From: Klebsormidium nitens
Lineage: Eukaryota > Plantae > Klebsormidiophyceae
DNA length: 64,000 bases
Assembly (NCBI GenBank): GCA_000708835.1
Contig: DF237298.1
Span: 1 to 64,000, forward strand
Direction: 5' to 3'
Shown: one piece after another, positions 63,001 through 64,000 of the stretch
How positions within the stretch are numbered: the first letter of the stretch is position 1
Layout: each line of letters starts with the position of its first letter
Program-made: the position numbers and the translations under genes
Notes under the pieces: model-generated
Seen by the model: the letters and a program-made list of their open reading frames with translations, nothing else
What the model was told of the DNA's origin: nothing
Databases searched by the model: none

Positions 63001-63030
63001 GTCCTCCACCCGCTTGCGCTGGACGTGCTC
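57013..63030 (-). CDS. Hybrid histidine kinase (coiled coil - HisKA - HATPase_c - receiver), 5'-incomplete. Exons 63030-62392, 61791-61483, 61123-60962, 60099-59780, 58628-57833, 57282-57013.
   Basis: H-box FVCHELRNPL, N-box LGNLTSNAIKFT, G1 VKDTGLGI and G2 GTTGLGLCISKSLVKRMGG. The receiver has RVLVAEDN...LLILDIQMPEMNG...CTG...TKPF with the phospho-Asp intact. A long Q/E/K-rich coiled coil lies upstream. Junction phases are consistent. Confidence 0.93.
58600..59830 (-). repeat. Intron made of two tandem arrays: about 156-bp donor units (59780, 59622, 59470, 59311) and about 124-bp acceptor units (58628, 58754, 58878, 59000, 59125)
   Basis: gagctgctcgacagcacggtctcggc.taccg|gtgag recurs four times and actgtttcgc.cag|gctgt.cgctaagga recurs five times. 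Confidence 0.92.
60040..60525 (-). repeat. Four-copy acceptor / exon-start array (60099 true; 60243, 60377, 60520) with ABAB higher-order structure
   Basis: gcag|agggcgg...aagacggtcaa.gccctggagcgcgagcgcggcaa occurs four times. The intronic flanks of copies 1 and 3 match each other, as do those of copies 2 and 4. Confidence 0.9.
60650..60995 (-). repeat. Donor / exon-end echo array (true 60962; copies near 60847, 60740 and 60655)
   Basis: The plus-strand string g(t/g)c(g/.)gcctcg(a/g)ccgactt(t)ctcctgca is repeated four times. Confidence 0.85.
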
Positions 63031-64000
63031 CTGCAAAACGTAAGCGCAGCCGTTAATTTTGCTCGGGCTTGAGTCCTAGCCGTCGGACTATGTATCTGAT
63101 CGGTAGACGGTGTCAGAGTCAACGTACCGGAGCTGCTGGCAGCTGTTCGAACTTGGCGTCCTCGACCCGCTTGCGCGGAACATGCTCCTGGGAGACCAGA
63201 AAAGCTGAGCCGTCAGATGGATCTAAAGAGGAAATTGAAAAGTCGTAATCCTAAGGCAGCTTGGACCAGCTGCCTCAGCTGCTCGAACTCGGCTCCTACG
63301 ACCCGNTTGGCCGTCGTGGGGTCTCGCCTTCCGTAGGCGGTAACGGNNNNNNNNNNNNNNNNNNNNAACCCCTTTCGGGCGGTCCGTTCGGTACCGGCCG
63401 TTCGTCGTCCGGTACCTAGTGCGTCTCGGGAGTACTGAAAGCTCGAGGTCGTCGACGTATCGANCTAAGAGGAAATTGAAAAGTCGTATCCTAAGGCAGC
63501 TTGGTACCAGCTGCCTCCAGCTGCTCGAACTCGGCGTCCTCGACCCGCTTGCGCTGGGTGTGCTCCTGCGGAACGGTTGACAGCCGTCAGATCTGCTCGA
63601 GCTTGAGCCGTAGCCGTCAGATTACGTAGTCCATTATTAGTGGGACTTGGAGTCAATACGAGCCGCTCGCAGCTGCTCGAACTTGGCGTCCTGGACCCGC
63701 TTGCGCTGGACGTGCTCCTGGGGGAAAGAAAAACAGCCGTTAGATTTGCTCAAACTTGGTCCGTAGGCGCCAGATTAGGTACGTAATCAATTGAGACAGG
63801 GACTGGCGAGTAGGTACTAGCTGCTCGCAGCTGCTCGAACTTGGCGTCCTCCACCCGCTTGCGCTTCACGTGCTCCTGCGGAATCCAATAACAGCCTTTG
63901 AATCTCCTCGATCAGCTTTGACGAGCAATCGATTGGGGGGGGCCTTTGAGTCAATCTTATCTGCTTGCAGTTGCTCGAACTTGGCGTCTTCGACCTGCTT
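62980..64000 (-). repeat. About 155-bp tandem array of the acceptor / exon start of the coiled-coil exon (true 63030; copies at 63187, 63565, 63717, 63875, plus partial copies)
   Basis: cag|gagca....cgcaagcggg(t)..aggacgcc.agttcga.cagctg recurs at least six times and runs off the window end. Confidence 0.88.
63347..63366. other. Assembly gap (20 N) with low-quality flanks
   Basis: A run of N, plus isolated N at 63306 and 63464. Segments 63215-63305 and 63465-63555 are near-duplicates differing by homopolymer indels. Confidence 0.95.

Noticed and set aside
63215-63555. Near-identical 90-bp segments either side of the N gap as a biological duplication
   Set aside because: They differ mainly by homopolymer indels and N calls, typical of overlapping low-quality contig ends. 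This is likely a false duplication.
57300-64000. Regularly spaced repeats as a CRISPR array or transposon-derived array
   Set aside because: The locus is eukaryotic. The repeats are degenerate copies of the host gene's own exon boundaries, without unique spacers, TIRs, TSDs or cas genes.

Overview
This window is eukaryotic, intron-rich nuclear DNA. The spliceosomal GT-AG introns, GC3-rich exons, plant-type gene families and algal-type hybrid histidine kinase suggest a streptophyte alga such as Klebsormidium; that is an inference, not verified. Six multi-exon genes were reconstructed by hand: a ZNF598/Hel2 ribosome-quality-control E3 ligase (-), an LRR receptor-like pseudokinase (+), a universal stress protein (+), the DNA polymerase alpha catalytic subunit (-), a plant hnRNP R/Q-type triple-RRM protein (+), and a coiled-coil hybrid histidine kinase (-, 5' end beyond the window). 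There is also an F-box/LRR gene with one in-frame TGA (+). The first 7 kb holds only relics: a BTB-BACK pseudogene, a single PPR motif and a tRNA-like A/B-box element. The most striking unexplained structure is a recurring set of splice-junction 'echoes'. Many introns in four genes carry degenerate tandem copies (about 85-190 bp units, often 120-180 bp) of the adjacent exon-intron boundary, and these often keep GT or AG intact. One histidine kinase intron is built almost entirely from a donor array plus an acceptor array. Some echoes could form in-frame alternative exons. A 20-N gap near 63.35 kb is flanked by probable assembly artefacts. All coordinates were counted manually and may be off by a few bases.
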